A stretch of 64,000 bases of DNA from the human T2T-CHM13v2.0 reference genome, Homo sapiens (GCF_009914755.1 NC_060936.1), one strand, 5' to 3'; shown: positions 32,874-50,368, counted from the first letter of the stretch. Notes: generated from the letters alone by a model not told the origin. Numbers and translations: made by a program.

Positions 32874-34009
32874 AACTCTTGAACACTGCAATTGTTTCCC
32901 CTGAAGGGATGGTCTGATTTCATTATTTCTTCATTTTAACCAGCTATTCGTATAATATAACATAGAAAGCTTGACAGGGTGTAATCATAGCCTTTGTCCA
33001 GGGAACTTGGAGTCACTGTTATTTATTAGTGTAACAGCTATTATCAACACCATTTCTATAAAAATTACCTGTTTTCTGCGATGGCAATAGGAGATTTTTG
33101 AGATTATGATCTTTTGTATTGTTTTGCTCTTTTCCTGATCATGTAATTTATGACAACAGTTCTCTAAGGACATCCGTATTTATATTCACATTCAACTGCT
33201 TCCATTTCCTGCAGCTCAACTGAGCAGGGAAAAAAAATTGAAATATTGAGAACCTTTGTTTTTAATTAGTAAGCTACCTCAAATGTCAGAGATGGTGCAA
33301 CTTTATAGAATCAGAAAGAACTATTTTCATGATGGTAAGTAATTAACTTTTACTCATTCAGAGTAGGAGACAAGTAAATTCAAGAATCATGTATGTTTGA
33401 ATTATATCTCTGCCCCCTCAGTCTTTATAGATAAAATCAGGACAGTTGATTTAGACATCTTTTGACATCTCAAGTGATATCCAAAACCATCCCTGGCCCC
33501 TACCAGCTAGTGTTGGATGAGGACAAAATATTTTCTGTGAATTCACTTTTTAAATTATTTAACTGTGTTGATACTAGAATAAATTGATTCCTGTTCTCCA
33601 CAGAAATGTCCTTGTTGTAGCGTGCATAAATGTGGGTATCAATAATACTTTGCAAATGAGAAAGACAAATCTACCTGTTATTCATAAACTAGAGGTACTT
33701 CAGGTGTTGGGAGTGAAAATCTGTTCACTGGAGGCTGGGTAGGGTGCACCTGGCCTGGGATTACTGCCTGCAAGATCATCTTTCCCCCTGTTGGACAGCT
33801 CAGGAAAACATTCACTTATCTACTGAAAGAGGTAGATAAGTTTTTAAATCAGTGGCTTGTTTTTAGAATGGTTTCTGTAAAATCTGGGTGTTGGTACTTA
33901 TTTTTTTCCCCTTCCAAAAATTACCTTTTAAAGATGAATGAGTGAGTGGGAGAAGTCTGATATTTGCTTTAGTGATAAAGCCTAGAACATGTTTATGTTT
34001 CTCAATTCA

Positions 34010-34455
34010 TTGATTTGCATAGCTATTTCCTCTTCCTGGAGGGCTCCCCCTGGAAACCTCTTCCCAAGATATCTGTAGGGCTGACTCCTCCTGGTCTTAC
34101 CACCATCACCACCATGACCACCATCACCACCACCACCACCACCACCACCACCACCACCACCACCACTACCACCACCACCACCAGGTGTAGTTCACATCTC
34201 ACATTCTCAACTGGGTCTGCTGGATTGCCTGCCTCACCCATTGGAAGCCCTCATCCCTGCTCTCTTTTTCTAACTTTTCCTTAGTGCTTTCTACCTTCTA
34301 TCATTCCATATAATCTGTTTATCTGTTATGGTATAATTTGTCTTGTTCCTTCAATCTAAGCTCCACAAGGGGACCCTTGTCTGCTTTGGCACATCCCAAG
34401 TGCCTAGACCAGTGCCTGACTTTCGTAGCAGGCCCTCAGCATTGGCCAAATGAGG
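34010..34455 (+). mobile_element. L2 3' fragment containing a (CAC)n repeat
   Basis: ctaagctccacaagg...tgcctagaccagtgcctgac. Confidence 0.65.
34099..34183. repeat. (ACC)n trinucleotide repeat, about 28 units with a few interruptions
   Basis: Directly visible. Confidence 0.97.
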
Positions 34456-34533
34456 GATTAGTAGTAATGTGTGTTTATGTGTATAGTACAAAGTGCGTGG
34501 AACATGATGACCAGGGAAAGTCTTTTCATTTAA

Positions 34534-34863
<330 letters not shown>

Positions 34864-35504
34864 AGCTTTTTATATTTTATGTAAAATATTTTACATTTTT
34901 TTTTTGTATTTGGTTTTTATACTTTAGCCAGTTCGTGAACACTCCTCTTCCTTCTTTAGGCTGTTTTTGTTGGCCTTCATAATGTTTCTGTACATTCTTA
35001 CTATATCTGGCTTTGTATTTAACCTGTTGTTTTTATTTTAGCTGTTAAATCTTACCCTATCTCATGCCCAGCTTCCAATGACCCCAGTCTGTTTGCATGG
35101 GAGTTTGGTGCTAGGCACCATCTTCACCCCTGTGTTCTGTGCTCCATCCAGTCCTGGTGTGCATAGTTATTGCTCCAGTTGTATAATTCAACATTCTCAT
35201 TTTGTGATCAGAGAGCAAAAATTCTTTCTCATGTTATTAGCCACTCAGGGTTGAATTACAAAGGAACTCTTGGGGTTTTGGAAGTCCCGCTTGTCAGCTT
35301 TGGTCAGGTTCATGTAATTCAAACCTCAAGCTTGTATATTAATGTACTGAAGTAATTCCCACCTCTTCCCTCTTACGAATCTACTAATAGAACGAGATGT
35401 AGCAGGGCCTTGCACACTCACAAATGGTATAGTTGTACCAAAGATACTTATGTATAAGTTAATACATACATATCTCTTGGCAATATAATCAATATCTAAA
35501 TTAA

Positions 35505-35783
<279 letters not shown>

Positions 35784-35807
35784 TAAATTAAAATTTAATA
35801 TTTAGGG

Positions 35808-36424
<617 letters not shown>

Positions 36425-36663
36425 CTATTTTTTCTCAAGCAAATGAGTGGTGACAGTTAAAAGTAGGCAAGGTCATGCCCTTTTTACACATAAGCAAAGA
36501 ATATAGTGTTGCCTGTACTGTGTCCAGGTGTGAAAAGAAGACTAGGCAGGGTGGGAGGAACTGGGAAGAAAAAATATCACAGTGTAAGAAATGGACGCTT
36601 GGTTTAGTCTTAATCTTACTGCCTAGGCTACGCAAGTAAGGTATTTGAGAATTGAGTCTTTTA

Positions 36664-36951
<288 letters not shown>

Positions 36952-37681
36952 GACTCAAGTCATTTTGTGATATTTAGTGCAGAGAAGAGAAGGGAGAGGT
37001 ATGACTTGGCCCACCATTTTATTTATTAGGAAGATTATTGGTTGTCTTTCAGGTTTTTAAGCTACTTATTCACCTTAGGTGATTAAAGCTCATTTTTCTG
37101 CTGAAGTTCTTTTTCAGAAACTGCTCAAGGATAAATTCACAATGATGAGAAAGCCATGGCCTGGTTCCAGGCCTTGGCTTGCTGAATTAGAAGAACACTT
37201 TGGGGAAATGCTGACCTTGGCATTGACCAGAGTACCAAATTCCTTTCTTGCATTGTTTTGCATCATGCAAGCTTCTGATGGATTGTACGCTCCTAGATAG
37301 TGATAGTGCATTCAACACTGTGCTATATACAGAATAAGCTTTTGAAAGAACCGAGAGCAGACAAGTTAGGCAATAATTATAGTACAAAAGGTTTTACTCT
37401 GAATCCTTTAAATAGCAAACTCTTTAATGTTCTTAAATATGATTGATTATATACAGTTTTTGAGAACCTAATGTATTAAATTTAATAAGGAAATTTGTTG
37501 GCAGCATGCAAGCATATATCCAACCTCATTTCATTTTCTTGTGAGCTAACGTTGTCAAGTGACTGTGTATATATATGCATTACATGCACTGTGTACATTA
37601 TAAGTAAATAGCACAGTAGTAGACTTTTTTGTGGCTGACCTTTACAGAAGTTATCTTTTATTGATTTATAACTTGATTGCA

Positions 37682-37959
37682 TTTTTTTTTTTGAGACAAA
37701 GTCTTTGACATCCAGGCTTCAGTACAGTGGCATGCATGTTCATGGCTCACTACAGCCTTGACCTCCCAGGCTCAAGCGGTCCTCCTGTCTCAGCCTCCTG
37801 AGTGGCTGGGACTGCAGGCACATGCTGCCATGCCTGGCTAATTTTTAAGTTTTTTGTAGAGTCAGGTTCTAGCTTTGTTGCCCAGGCTGGGCTCTAGCCA
37901 TCCTTCTACTTCAGCCTCCCAGAGTGCTGGGATTATAGGCATGAGCCAGTACACCCAGC
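37682..37959 (-). mobile_element. AluJ
   Basis: Diverged dimer; TSD ttgattgcatt. Confidence 0.92.
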
Positions 37960-38516
37960 TTGATTGCATTGTTGACAGATGAAGCGATATGCCTGATACC
38001 AGTTCTTTGAATTTTTTATAACTTGCTTTATGATCTGGTATGTAGTCAATTTCTATAAATGTTCTATTTAAAAAGAATATATATCAATGAGAGTTCCACA
38101 GATAACCTCTACAGAAAACTGAGTGAACCTCTTCAGTTCTCCCAAGGATAGTACGTAGCCGGTATCACTTCAGATGCACAGGAGATAAGATACTCATTTT
38201 ATGTAATGAGTAAAAAGACAGAAACATGATGAATTGCTTAAAGATTCTTATAAATGACTTGAAGTTTATATACACATACCCATTAATGTAGCCTGTTTTC
38301 TAGATGACAGTGTCTTTTGAACACCCCGATTTGATTTATTAAACTTTAGATGCAGTAAGGTTTAAAAAACCCCCAACTTTATTGAGGTATAATTCACGTA
38401 TCATACAATATACCAATTTAATATATAATGGAATGTTTTTTAGTAGGTTCATAGTGTTATGCAACCATCACTGTGATCTGATTTTAGAACGTTTTTAGAA
38501 CTCCAAAAGAAACCTC

Positions 38517-38802
<286 letters not shown>

Positions 38803-38931
38803 TCATTAGCAGTCAATTCCCTTTCCCCCTACTCATCCCCTGGCAAACCTGAATCTATTTCTTTGTCTATGCATTTGCCTATTTTGGATATTTGATATAA
38901 ATGGAGTCATAGAAAGTATGGTGTTTTATGA

Positions 38932-39339
<408 letters not shown>

Positions 39340-39638
39340 TTTCTTTTCTTTCTTTTGAGATGGATCTTGCTCTGTCACTTAGGCTGAAGTACAGTGATAT
39401 CATCATAGCTCCCTTACAGCCACAAGTTCTGGGCACAAGTGATCTTCCCACCTCAGCCTTTTGAATAGCTATGGCTACAGGTGTGTGCCACCATGGCTGG
39501 CTAGTGTTTTTAGTTTTTGTAGAGATGAGGTCTCACTATGTTGCCCAAGCTGGTCTGGAACTCCTGGACCTCAATTAGTCCTCCTACCTTGACTTCCCAA
39601 AGTGCTAGGATTACCAGCATGAGCCACCACTCTTAGCT
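39340..39638 (-). mobile_element. AluJ
   Basis: Diverged dimer. Confidence 0.92.
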
Positions 39639-39903
39639 CTTCATTTGTTTTATTGCTGGATAATATTGCGAGGATATACCATGTTTTATTTATCCATTCA
39701 TCAGTTGATGGACATTTGAGTTGTTTTTACTTTTCATTTACAATAATGATGCTATGAACATGGGTGTGCAAATTTTTCTCACCTTCAAAGGAGGTGGTTT
39801 TTAGCTGATCTTCATAAAATTCACTCATTCCAAAAAGGCATACAACTCATATCAGGACCCTTTGATTTGTAATTTTTTTCTGAGATTTTAATTTAATTTA
39901 ATC

Positions 39904-40011
39904 TTTTTGATGGTCTCGCCCAGGCTGGTCTCCAACTCTTGCGTTCAAGCAATCGTCCCACTTCAGCCTCTTGAGTAGCTGGGACTACAGGCTCATACCA
40001 CAATGCCTGGC
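39904..40011 (-). mobile_element. Alu monomer (FLAM-like)
   Basis: Single arm: cccaggctggtctc...gagtagctgggactacagg...gcctggc. Confidence 0.8.
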
Positions 40012-40022
40012 TTCTTTTTCTG

Positions 40023-40323
40023 TTTTTTTTTTTTTCCTCTTGAGACAAGGTCTCATTCTGTCACCTGGGCTAAAGTTCAGTGGCACTATCTTGGCTCACT
40101 GTAGCTTTGACCTTCTGGGCTGAAATGATTCTGTCACCTCAGCCTCCTGAATAGCTAGGACAAGTGTGTGTCATCACACCCTGCTAATTTTTGTATTTTT
40201 TGTAGAGATGAGGTCTCACTATGTTGCCCGCAGTGGTAGTCTAGAACTCCTGGACTCAAGCAATCTGCCTGCCTCTGCCTCCCAAAGTGCTGGGACTACA
40301 GGCATGGGCCATCATGCTTGGCT
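40023..40323 (-). mobile_element. AluJ
   Basis: Diverged dimer. Confidence 0.92.
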
Positions 40324-40384
40324 TCTTTTTTTTTTTTTTTGAGGTTTTGATGGTTGTTGGTGGAGTGGGTGGAGAGGGGAACTA

Positions 40385-40606
40385 ACATTTATTTATTGAG
40401 TGTCTGCTTTGGACCAAGTACTCTGTTGGGAGCTTTGCGTAGATTATCTTCCTTAATCCTGTTAACAGTCCCATGAGAAAAGTGCAGATTTCCCCATTTT
40501 ACAGATAGAAAAAAACAAGGACCCAGGAAACTTAACTAACATATCCAAAGAGACATAGCTAGTAAATGATAAGCCAGGTTTGGAACCTAGATGTTTCTGA
40601 CTTCCA
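40385..40606 (-). mobile_element. MIR
   Basis: tttattgagtg...ccccattttacagat...cacagctagtaaatg-like core. Confidence 0.85.
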
Positions 40607-40999
40607 CAGCATTACACAGATATGGAATGGAAGATCTAGACATTTTTAAACATTAAGACAAATTTTGAAGATAATCTCATTACTTATTTTTTATCAAATC
40701 AAGTCTTTCCTGTGATTTTTCTTCCTTTCCTTTTCTTGACAGCATCCCCTTTCTACTACTGAAAAGAAGGCCAGTGCTCTATCAGCTATATATTCAGTGG
40801 TTTTAAGATCTTTCGGCTAAGGTCAGGGTTTTTGTTCAAACACAGTCTTGCTCTGAAGTGTAATAGAATATAATCAGCAAAAGCAGAGTGGTTGAAGCTT
40901 GGAGAATTTCCTAAAATTACTAATAGCTGTAGTACAGCAAGCTCTTAGTCTGAAAACAGAGGAAACACATCATTCCTCACACAGTTTGCTTGTTTTCTG

Positions 41000-41310
41000 G
41001 GTTTTTTATTTGTTTGTTTGTTTTGTTTTGAGATGGAGTCTCAGTCTGTCGCCCAGGCTGGAGTGCAGTGGCACGATCTCGGCTCACTGCAACCTCTGCC
41101 TCCTGGATTCAAGTGATTCTCCTGCCTTAGCCTTCTGAGTAGCTGGGACTGCAGGTGTGCGCCACTACGCCCGGCTAATTTTGTATTTTTTGTAGAGACA
41201 GGTTTTTACCATGTTGGCCAGGCTGGTGTCAAACTCCTGACCTCTGGTGATTCGCCCATCTTGGGCTCCCAAAATGTTGGGATTACAGGTGTGAGCCACT
41301 GCACCGGGCC
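41000..41310 (-). mobile_element. AluS
   Basis: Full dimer; TSD aca(g/a)tttgctt. Confidence 0.95.
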
Positions 41311-41562
41311 ACAATTTGCTTATTTTCAAATAAGCTGTAGTCTTTCAACAATTAGCAAATTAGTATTTGGAATTTGTGTCCACCAATTATTTTTAACTGA
41401 TAGTTTATTTAGATAATATCTTGATGGGGAAGTCTTAGCATATCAAATGGTTGCTGTTTTAACTGCAAGAATAAAAAGAAACAAAAATGCAATTTAGAAA
41501 AGCCATTTTGATTATGCTGAAAACTTACGTGGAAACAGCATCTATCAGAAATAGTAACACTA

Positions 41563-41899
<337 letters not shown>

Positions 41900-42028
41900 C
41901 TATCGATCAACTAGTTCAACACTCTTAATGCGTGTTCCTAGATAATTTTACATTAGTTTAAAAGTTTCTTTGCAATACTCTGATTTCAAAGAAGTAAACC
42001 ATATTTACTTTTGTAAGAATCCAGCCTA

Positions 42029-42372
<344 letters not shown>

Positions 42373-42559
42373 TTATCAAGAGGATTAACAATGAAAAGTT
42401 TATAAGGGATTTGTATCTTCTACATAAGAGTTAAATTAGCTTTTAAAAGTTTTAGTACCATGGTTTATGGTTCTGGTGGAGACACCAAGTAGCAGCAATT
42501 ATTTGTTGCCACTTGACTGAAAATTGTCTCATTTGCTTTGTATTTGTTGGACAATGGGT

Positions 42560-42990
42560 TTAAGTACATGTAGTGAAGACCCCAAATAACAGGTACTTAA
42601 AACAAGATAGAAGTTTATTTCTAGGTCATGCCATGGTCTCAACTAGTACAGCAACTCTGCTTCATGAGGGTATTGGGCAACAGGCCCTTCTACCCTGTTC
42701 CTTCATCATCTACTGGTCTGGCTCTTCACCCTTTGTCCAATATAGCTGATTACCACATCCCATTTCACCCATTGGGAAGGGAGAAAGAGAAGGGAAGATA
42801 CACCCATTCCATTTAAGAGCAAGATCTGGAAGTTGCACACATTCTTTCTGTTGATATCACATTGGCCAGACCTTAGTAATTTGACCGTACCTACCTATGA
42901 GGGGACTGGGAAATGTCATCGTCTTCTGAGTAGTTGATTGCCCAGCTAACCATCCTATTGTGGAAGATAAAAGAAGAGATAGGATGGACC
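42560..42990 (-). mobile_element. MLT1(I/J/K)-like ERVL-MaLR LTR
   Basis: cttaaaacaagatagaagtttatttc...ggaagttgcacaca...cattggccaga...gactgggaaatgt. Confidence 0.75.
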
Positions 42991-43644
42991 ACTTATCTCT
43001 CTTCAAATCCCTTGGCACACAAACTGCTTGTGGTTGTCTTTTTTTCTTTTACGCTTGGCTTTTATAATGATGTGTCCTGTTTCATGTTCTGTTAAAACAC
43101 CATGTTCATAATTGAACAAAAACTTCATCCTGAGAAAACTGCATTACAAGAACATTTGTTATAACTAATAAAGGAAGTAAGTAAATCATATTCCAAATTC
43201 ACAATGCCAAAGTATTTTTAATGCAGGAATTTTAATAAAGTTTTTAAGAATTCTGCAGATACAGCTATAACACCTAAATATAAATGACCAAACCCAACAT
43301 TTGATTATTTCTAGCTTTTATTCTAGAATAATGATTTTTAAAATTACTACTATCACTGTCACCCTAAGGAATGGTTAGACTGCCTAATATCACATTTCCA
43401 TATGTTGATAGCCTTGGAAGTATGTTATTTTTTCATAATATTCAGATGTGTGGTGATATTTGTTTGGGGAGTGATGGCAGGCAAAGAATGGTGGGTAGAG
43501 TTTTTTTGTTACTAGGAGTAGTGTTTTTTTCCTTTTAATTGCTAGTTTTGATTGTGATTAGTACAATGAGTGAAATACAGGAAATATCTGCTGGAACTCT
43601 GAAGTATTATTCCTTGCATTGTTGTCTTTGCTATTTTAGGATAA

Positions 43645-44024
<380 letters not shown>

Positions 44025-44316
44025 TTTTTTTTTTTTTTTGAGATGGAGGCTCGCTCTGTTGCCTAGGCTGGAGTGCAGTGGCGTGATCTTGGCTCACTGC
44101 AACCTCTGCCTCCGTTCAAGCAGTTCTCTGTCTCAGCCTCCTGAGTAGCTGGGATTACAGGAGCCTGCCACCACCCCCAGCTAATTTTTTTGTATTTTTA
44201 GTAGAGATGGGTTCCACCATCTTGGCCAGGCTGGTCTTGAACTCCTGACCTTGTGACCCATCTACCTTGGCCTCCTAAAGTGCTGGGATTACAGGCGTGA
44301 GCCACCGCGCTTGGCC
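44025..44316 (-). mobile_element. AluS
   Basis: TSD gatgtaaatatcttt brackets both tandem Alus. Confidence 0.95.
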
Positions 44317-45135
44317 GATGTAAATATCTTTAGGGGGATAATAGACACACAAATTAAAGAGAGAAAGGATTGTATTATCAGCCAAGTCAAAAGTTTTATC
44401 TCCTAAACATTGGCGGATAGGTGTTTATAAAATTGCAAGTCATTTATAAGAATCCTTAGGCAGTTTGTCATAGTTCTTTGTTTCACTCTATTTTAAGTGC
44501 TTTCTTGCCTGCTAAAGGATATCAGCTCTTGTACTACCGAAATGCCCTGGACAGCTTTCTGTTACAAATTTATAGCTGCGAGATCATTTTTATTCTTTTT
44601 GGTTGCTTCTCCACCCTTCCTTGAGCCTCTATTCCTAAGAGTGTTATTAACGTTTAACATTTATTCTTTTGCTGAGGCTGCATTGAGGGGCGTGGGTTGT
44701 TTTTATTTAATCTTTAAAAATAGTGACCACCAGCTAGTTATTTAAAATTTTGCCAGGAAAAGAGGAACCAGAAGCAGCAGCTGACTGTCTTTGTTGACTG
44801 TGTGATCCAGAGCAGACCCAGTGGATTTGGGAGCTCCCTTTCCCTCCCCACCACTGCCTCCAGTGGTTTTATTCTCTTTTTACCTACCCCCAGTACTAGA
44901 TCCCTTCAGTCGCTCTTTCACCCCTGAACTTCCACCACCACCATGTCCCCCAAAGCCATTCCCTGGACCAGCAATAATTTATTTAGTCTCTGCCCCTCTC
45001 TCGGGCTTTTAGCAAGAAATGCCCAAGAAAACTTCAGTTTTAGCATTTTCTTTACAGTCTTCTATATTCTTGATCACTTGTCGTTGCTTTTGTCTTTATG
45101 TCTAGGTGCAAAGTAAGAAAAGAAAAGCAGATACA

Positions 45136-45242
45136 GGCCAGGCGTGGTGGCTCTTGCCTATAATCCCAGGACTTTAAGAAGCCAAGGCAGGAAGATTGCT
45201 TGAACCCAAGATCCCGCCTCTAAAAAAGAAAAAAAAAAAAAA
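45136..45242 (+). mobile_element. Alu left monomer (FLAM-like, internally deleted)
   Basis: ggccaggcgtggtggctc...A tail; TSD aaaagcagata. Confidence 0.85.
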
Positions 45243-45253
45243 GCAGATATCTT

Positions 45254-45475
45254 GGCCAGGGGAGGTGGCTCACATGTGTAATCTCAGCACTTTGGGAGGC
45301 TGAGGTGGGTGGTACCCCATCTCTACAAAAAATTAGCAGGGCATTGTAGCATGCCCCTGTAGTCCCAGCTCCTCAGAAGGCTGAGATGGGAATGGGTCAA
45401 GGCTGCAGTGAGCTGTGATTGCACGACTGCACTCCAGCCTGGGCCACAGAGTGAGACCCTGTCTCGAAAAGAAAA
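45254..45475 (+). mobile_element. AluJ with multiple internal deletions
   Basis: Shortened dimer; TSD aaaagcagata. Confidence 0.88.
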
Positions 45476-45648
45476 GCAGATAGGGAAATAGGCAAGGAGA
45501 ATTAGCCTAGGAGGAACCTTTACACCCTCCTGAGGGCCCTTCTGTGATTTCTTTCAGCATTCTTTCCTTTTGGAATCGTGTTATTTCTTCTTGAGGGTGA
45601 CATCTTCTGCCCTCCCAAGATGAATTCTGAGTATATTTTTCATAATAA

Positions 45649-45947
<299 letters not shown>

Positions 45948-46324
45948 TTTCCCATAATAACTTTGAAAAGTTATAGAAATTAGGCTGATAATACTGCACA
46001 ATTATTTATTCAACAGTATTTATTGCTGATTGGTTGATTACTGATTAATAAATACTTGCTAGCCTGGATCATTGCTTCCTTCCATCCTCTTTTCCTGTTA
46101 CACCCCAGCTCTATGTTATTCAAACCATCATCTTTCTCCCAGGCACTACTGGAGACAGTCACTAAACTGTGGAACATAACTAAAAACATTCTGTTCTCCC
46201 GTCTCCCTTGACTCTCAGCACTGCCTAGCACAGCATGTGCCTCCCGTTACTGTAGTGGCAACTCTGAATATCTTTACGCAAACCCTCTCTTCCAACTCTT
46301 CATTCCTGTCACAAAGACCTTAGA

Positions 46325-46545
46325 GAGGCAGCACTGAGAGGTAGGTAAGAGTTTGGATGCTGGAGCCAGACCATCTGCTTTGAAGCTGTCTCTCACAGTG
46401 TTGTGTCCTTGTGCAGGCCAGTTAATTTCCCTGTGTCTCACTTTCCCATCTGGAAACTGAGACTCATAATACTCTTCCATGGAATTGTTTTGAGGACTAT
46501 ATGGATTAATGTATGTGATTGCTTAGATGAATGGTACCTAGAACG
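46325..46545 (+). mobile_element. MIR
   Basis: taagag..tgg..ctggagccagac...ctgtgtctcactttcccatctg.aaa. Confidence 0.8.
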
Positions 46546-47329
46546 AAATAGGCAGTGAATGAATGTAGAAGGGAAAATAGACAAGAAAACCTTTACTCTG
46601 ATTCCTGTGCAGAAAGAAATTTAGAGGTCATTAAGCCAGAGTCCTGTCATCTTCTGTCCTCACTCCCAGTGCTCCAGCACCTACCTATACCTCCCTACCG
46701 ATCCTTACCCTTTTTCGTAGAGAAAAGGTATCTCTAAAGTCCTGCAGTGCTTTAAACCTTTGATACATCCTGACAAACACAGAAAATGATAATATTTGTT
46801 CAATACAGTGGGGTAAAAAGAGTGCCTGTTTGAGGTGACTGGCCCAAGGCTTTCAGTTCCCTGAAGCTCAGCTAAACTGCCCTAAGGGACTGAGTATTAA
46901 CATTTCCACACCCATAAAGCACTCACAGATCAGCGCAGATACCACATTCCCAGCCCATGTTGAGAAGCCCTGGCCCTAACCACTGACAACACTAACCCTT
47001 ATCGAACTTGTAATTAAATCATTAATTATAGAATTCTTTTCAGATGTCTATGCTGGAAGAAACTATAAACTTCATCACTATGCCTATAAATGTTGGGCCC
47101 ATGTCCCACTAAAGTGGTGGCTTGTATGTAGGAAGTTCTTAGTGTTTGTTGGTAGAATCGGTATCTTTCTAATAGCTGTCTTTGTAACTTACATATTTGT
47201 CCATCTTTAAGAAAAAGAAAAAAATAAAACTCACCTGCTTTGACTCTAGCCTTCTGTAATACTACCCCATATCTCTTTCCCTTTTTAACAAAACATTGAA
47301 AGAAGGAAATCTATTGCTGTCATTTCACC

Positions 47330-47745
47330 TCTTACTCATTCTTCAGTGTCCTAAATAATCTGTTTTCTTCCTTCACTGTTCCTTTAAAACTGTTCTTAAC
47401 TGGGCTACTGATGATCTACCTGCCAAATCCAGTAGTTATTTTTTGATCCTTATTTTATATTTGTGACAGTGTGCACTCATCTTCTCCTCTCTGCCTCCAT
47501 TTTCCTCATTCTCTCCTGGTCTCCCCACTGTGTGTCATCATCGTCTCCATTTCCTCTGCCTGTTCTTTAAATGTTAGTTTACCCCAGGATTCCTTTTCTG
47601 GTTGCCTTCTTTCATGCTGCATTCCTTCTGGGTGATACATTCACACCCAAGGCTTCAGCTACCACCTCCTACGCTTGATGGTTCTAAAATCTATATATCC
47701 ATTCTAGAGTTTCTCTCTCCTGTTGCCTGCTGGATATCCTCCCTT
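47330..47745 (+). mobile_element. L2 fragment
   Basis: tgccaaatccagt...tgggtgat..attcac...tgatggttctaaaatctatat. Confidence 0.6.
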
Positions 47746-47814
47746 GTTTTTGACTTGCCATATGTAACAGTGCCAGACAAATGGCATTCATCCAACGTTG
47801 AGCTAAAGCAGTCT

Positions 47815-47940
47815 TAGAGCCCATGAGATCCTTATTCCTACAGATGAAGAGACTGAGGCCCAGAGACGTATAGTGGCTTGCCCAGTATCAGATAAATAGT
47901 TTGTAACAAAATGGGGAGGAAAACCTAAGTCTCTGGACAC
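47815..47940 (-). mobile_element. MIR fragment
   Basis: tacagatgaagagactgaggcccagaga. Confidence 0.75.
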
Positions 47941-48889
47941 TGGGACTTGAACACAAGTTTATAAACCTATGCCAAACACAGAATGGTGATGTTTACTGCC
48001 TCATTGGAAAAACCCTTTTCCACTTTGGCCTAAGCGACCTGCTTTTGCGATCCCCATGCTGTGGCAGTGGCAGTATTCTCCTTACTTGTGTTTTTCCCTG
48101 TCCATCTTTGGTTTCCAGAGCAGTATGAATTGGCTACCAACAAAATTCTTCATCTCTTTAAAAGCTTTCACTTTTTTTGCGCCTGCCAAAGGAGATACTT
48201 AGATTTTGATCACTGTTAATTTTATCTAGACTATTGATAAAGAATGCCTGGCACATGCACCATTTAATTCAGATTCAGTGATTGGTATAGATACTATTAC
48301 TTATTGCCTGGTTTTTAAAAATTGCTCCAATTGATGCAAGAATAAAAGCAGAATAGTTGGAAGATAACTAGCTGTTAACACTAGAAACAGTTTTCTAATC
48401 TTCAGAGAAAAATTACCAAGATAAAGGGGGAAAGAAGAAGCAATAATGAAAATTACTTTTCCGCACCCCCTCCCCCGCCATTTCTTTTTTTTTCTAGAAG
48501 TTTGGCAACATTCATAATTAGATGCACGTAGCACTGTTTTGTGCATAATAGCATGGTTTATTTACATACATTTACATATATGCATTTTAACTGATCTCTG
48601 CTCATTTCTGGTTTAGATATTTGTATACTCCTCTTTGAGACATCAGTTTTCCTTCTTTTAGGCCCTTAGCATCCAAAGGCACTAACTTTGTTGGCTCTTA
48701 GTGCTGAGTCTAGTACCATGATCTGAGTCTAGCACTGTGGAGCAACTTTAGTGATACTTGATGCGTTGTATCTTATTTTTTTAAAAGAGAATTTACCAAC
48801 CCAGAATTTTCTAGATAATCCTTTTAAAGATAGTTATTCTTAGGACTTAAGGGTGGGGTTGGGGCTGGGGAGTTGTCAACTAAAACAAG

Positions 48890-49095
48890 TTGAGTATGTG
48901 CTGTGTGCCAGGGACTTTTGCATTTATTCTCTCATTGAAGACTCATCATAAACACTCAAGGTAGGAGTTATTCCAGTTTTACCTATTAGGAAACTAAGGC
49001 ACAGAGTTGTTAAGTAACTTGTCAAGAAGCAAGTAAAACAGCAAACTCAGCGTTCGAACCCAGATCTGTTTCATGCTAGAACCCGTGCTCTTTCT
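48890..49095 (-). mobile_element. MIR
   Basis: tgtgtgccagg...aggaaactaaggcacagag..gttaagtaacttg...ttcgaacccagatctg. Confidence 0.85.
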
Positions 49096-50368
49096 ATTGA
49101 CTGAACCATCCCCTGGATTCCTCCTGTCCCTTTGACACCTCAGGTCATTTGTAGAGCAAACTTCTTCTTTGCAGGCATGGTTTTTCTAAGTGGACAAATA
49201 AACATACCTTTTGCATTAGATGGATTAATTTAACCAGCGCCTGATGATGAGACTTACAGATCATTTTCTCAGTGTTTTACTTTGTTGCTTTTTGTTTGAA
49301 CTTGCTTGGTGCCTTAGGTGAAATACCATTTGTAAGAAGTCACATATGTTTGACCTAGAAAACAGGGCTGTGCAGCCAAAGCAATTCTATGGTTTGTGTT
49401 TGAGGAGAAAGCAGTCTGTGCTTATTCTCTAGTTCTTGACATGGAAATTGTCTAGTCATTGTCCTAAATGAGGTGAGAGGATCTCTACTGAGAATGGAAA
49501 TTTGAATGTCCTAGAGTTAATTTCCTTGAAAAACCGTTTGTAAGATTAGCAAAGTTGAGTTAAAACTATAGCTTTTATAGACTGCCGGTTGAAGACTTTT
49601 AGAACCACTTATTTTATTCCAAAAAAATTAGATACAATAAAAATTCTCATCTTCTTTCAACAGATTGTAGTAGTTTAACAGAGCTTTATTTCTGGCTAAA
49701 CTATGAAAATGTTATGTCTTTTTACTCTTTTCATCATAGGATCAATTCTACCTCTGTGTAGAAAGAAACTACAGAGAGTTTTTAAAATAATTCAAGGTTG
49801 TAAATTCTTTGGAGTCCTGTTGGACACTTTCAGTAAGAAACAGCAAGAGAAATAGGGGAAGACAGAGGCCAGGAGCTGGTTTAATTGTTAAGGTCCTTGT
49901 TTTGTATGACTGTGAGCTTCATTTTGTATGTTTGTGAGCCTTTCTAGATCACCTCTGGAAGGAGGATATTTGAAGATGGGCAGCTGCTATATATATTGCA
50001 TTGGATGGAATTATCATTATGAAGAGAACATGATAAAATATAATAATGAAATTTTTGTCTTCTAGCCAGCTTCTCCTGGATAGTATTCACATCCTCTGCC
50101 TTTTTCAGCTTTGCTTTAAGATTGCTCTCATTCACATTCTCAGCTATATTTTTATCTCTTTCTCTTTATTTGTCTACTTGTATCCCTCATGTATGAGTAG
50201 TGATAACCCTAGTCTTACTCCCCATCTCCAGCCATAGCCAACATGAACCACCTTCCTGGTCTAAAATTTACATGTAAAGGATAGAATAGGATGATTAGGT
50301 TCAGGTATAGATTTGAAGATGTTGGCCATATTCTATGTAAATGAATATTTAGTAATGATGTATAATGA

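Noticed and set aside
34015-34284. Poly-Thr / poly-Val ORFs
   Set aside because: Frames of the (ACC)n repeat inside an L2.
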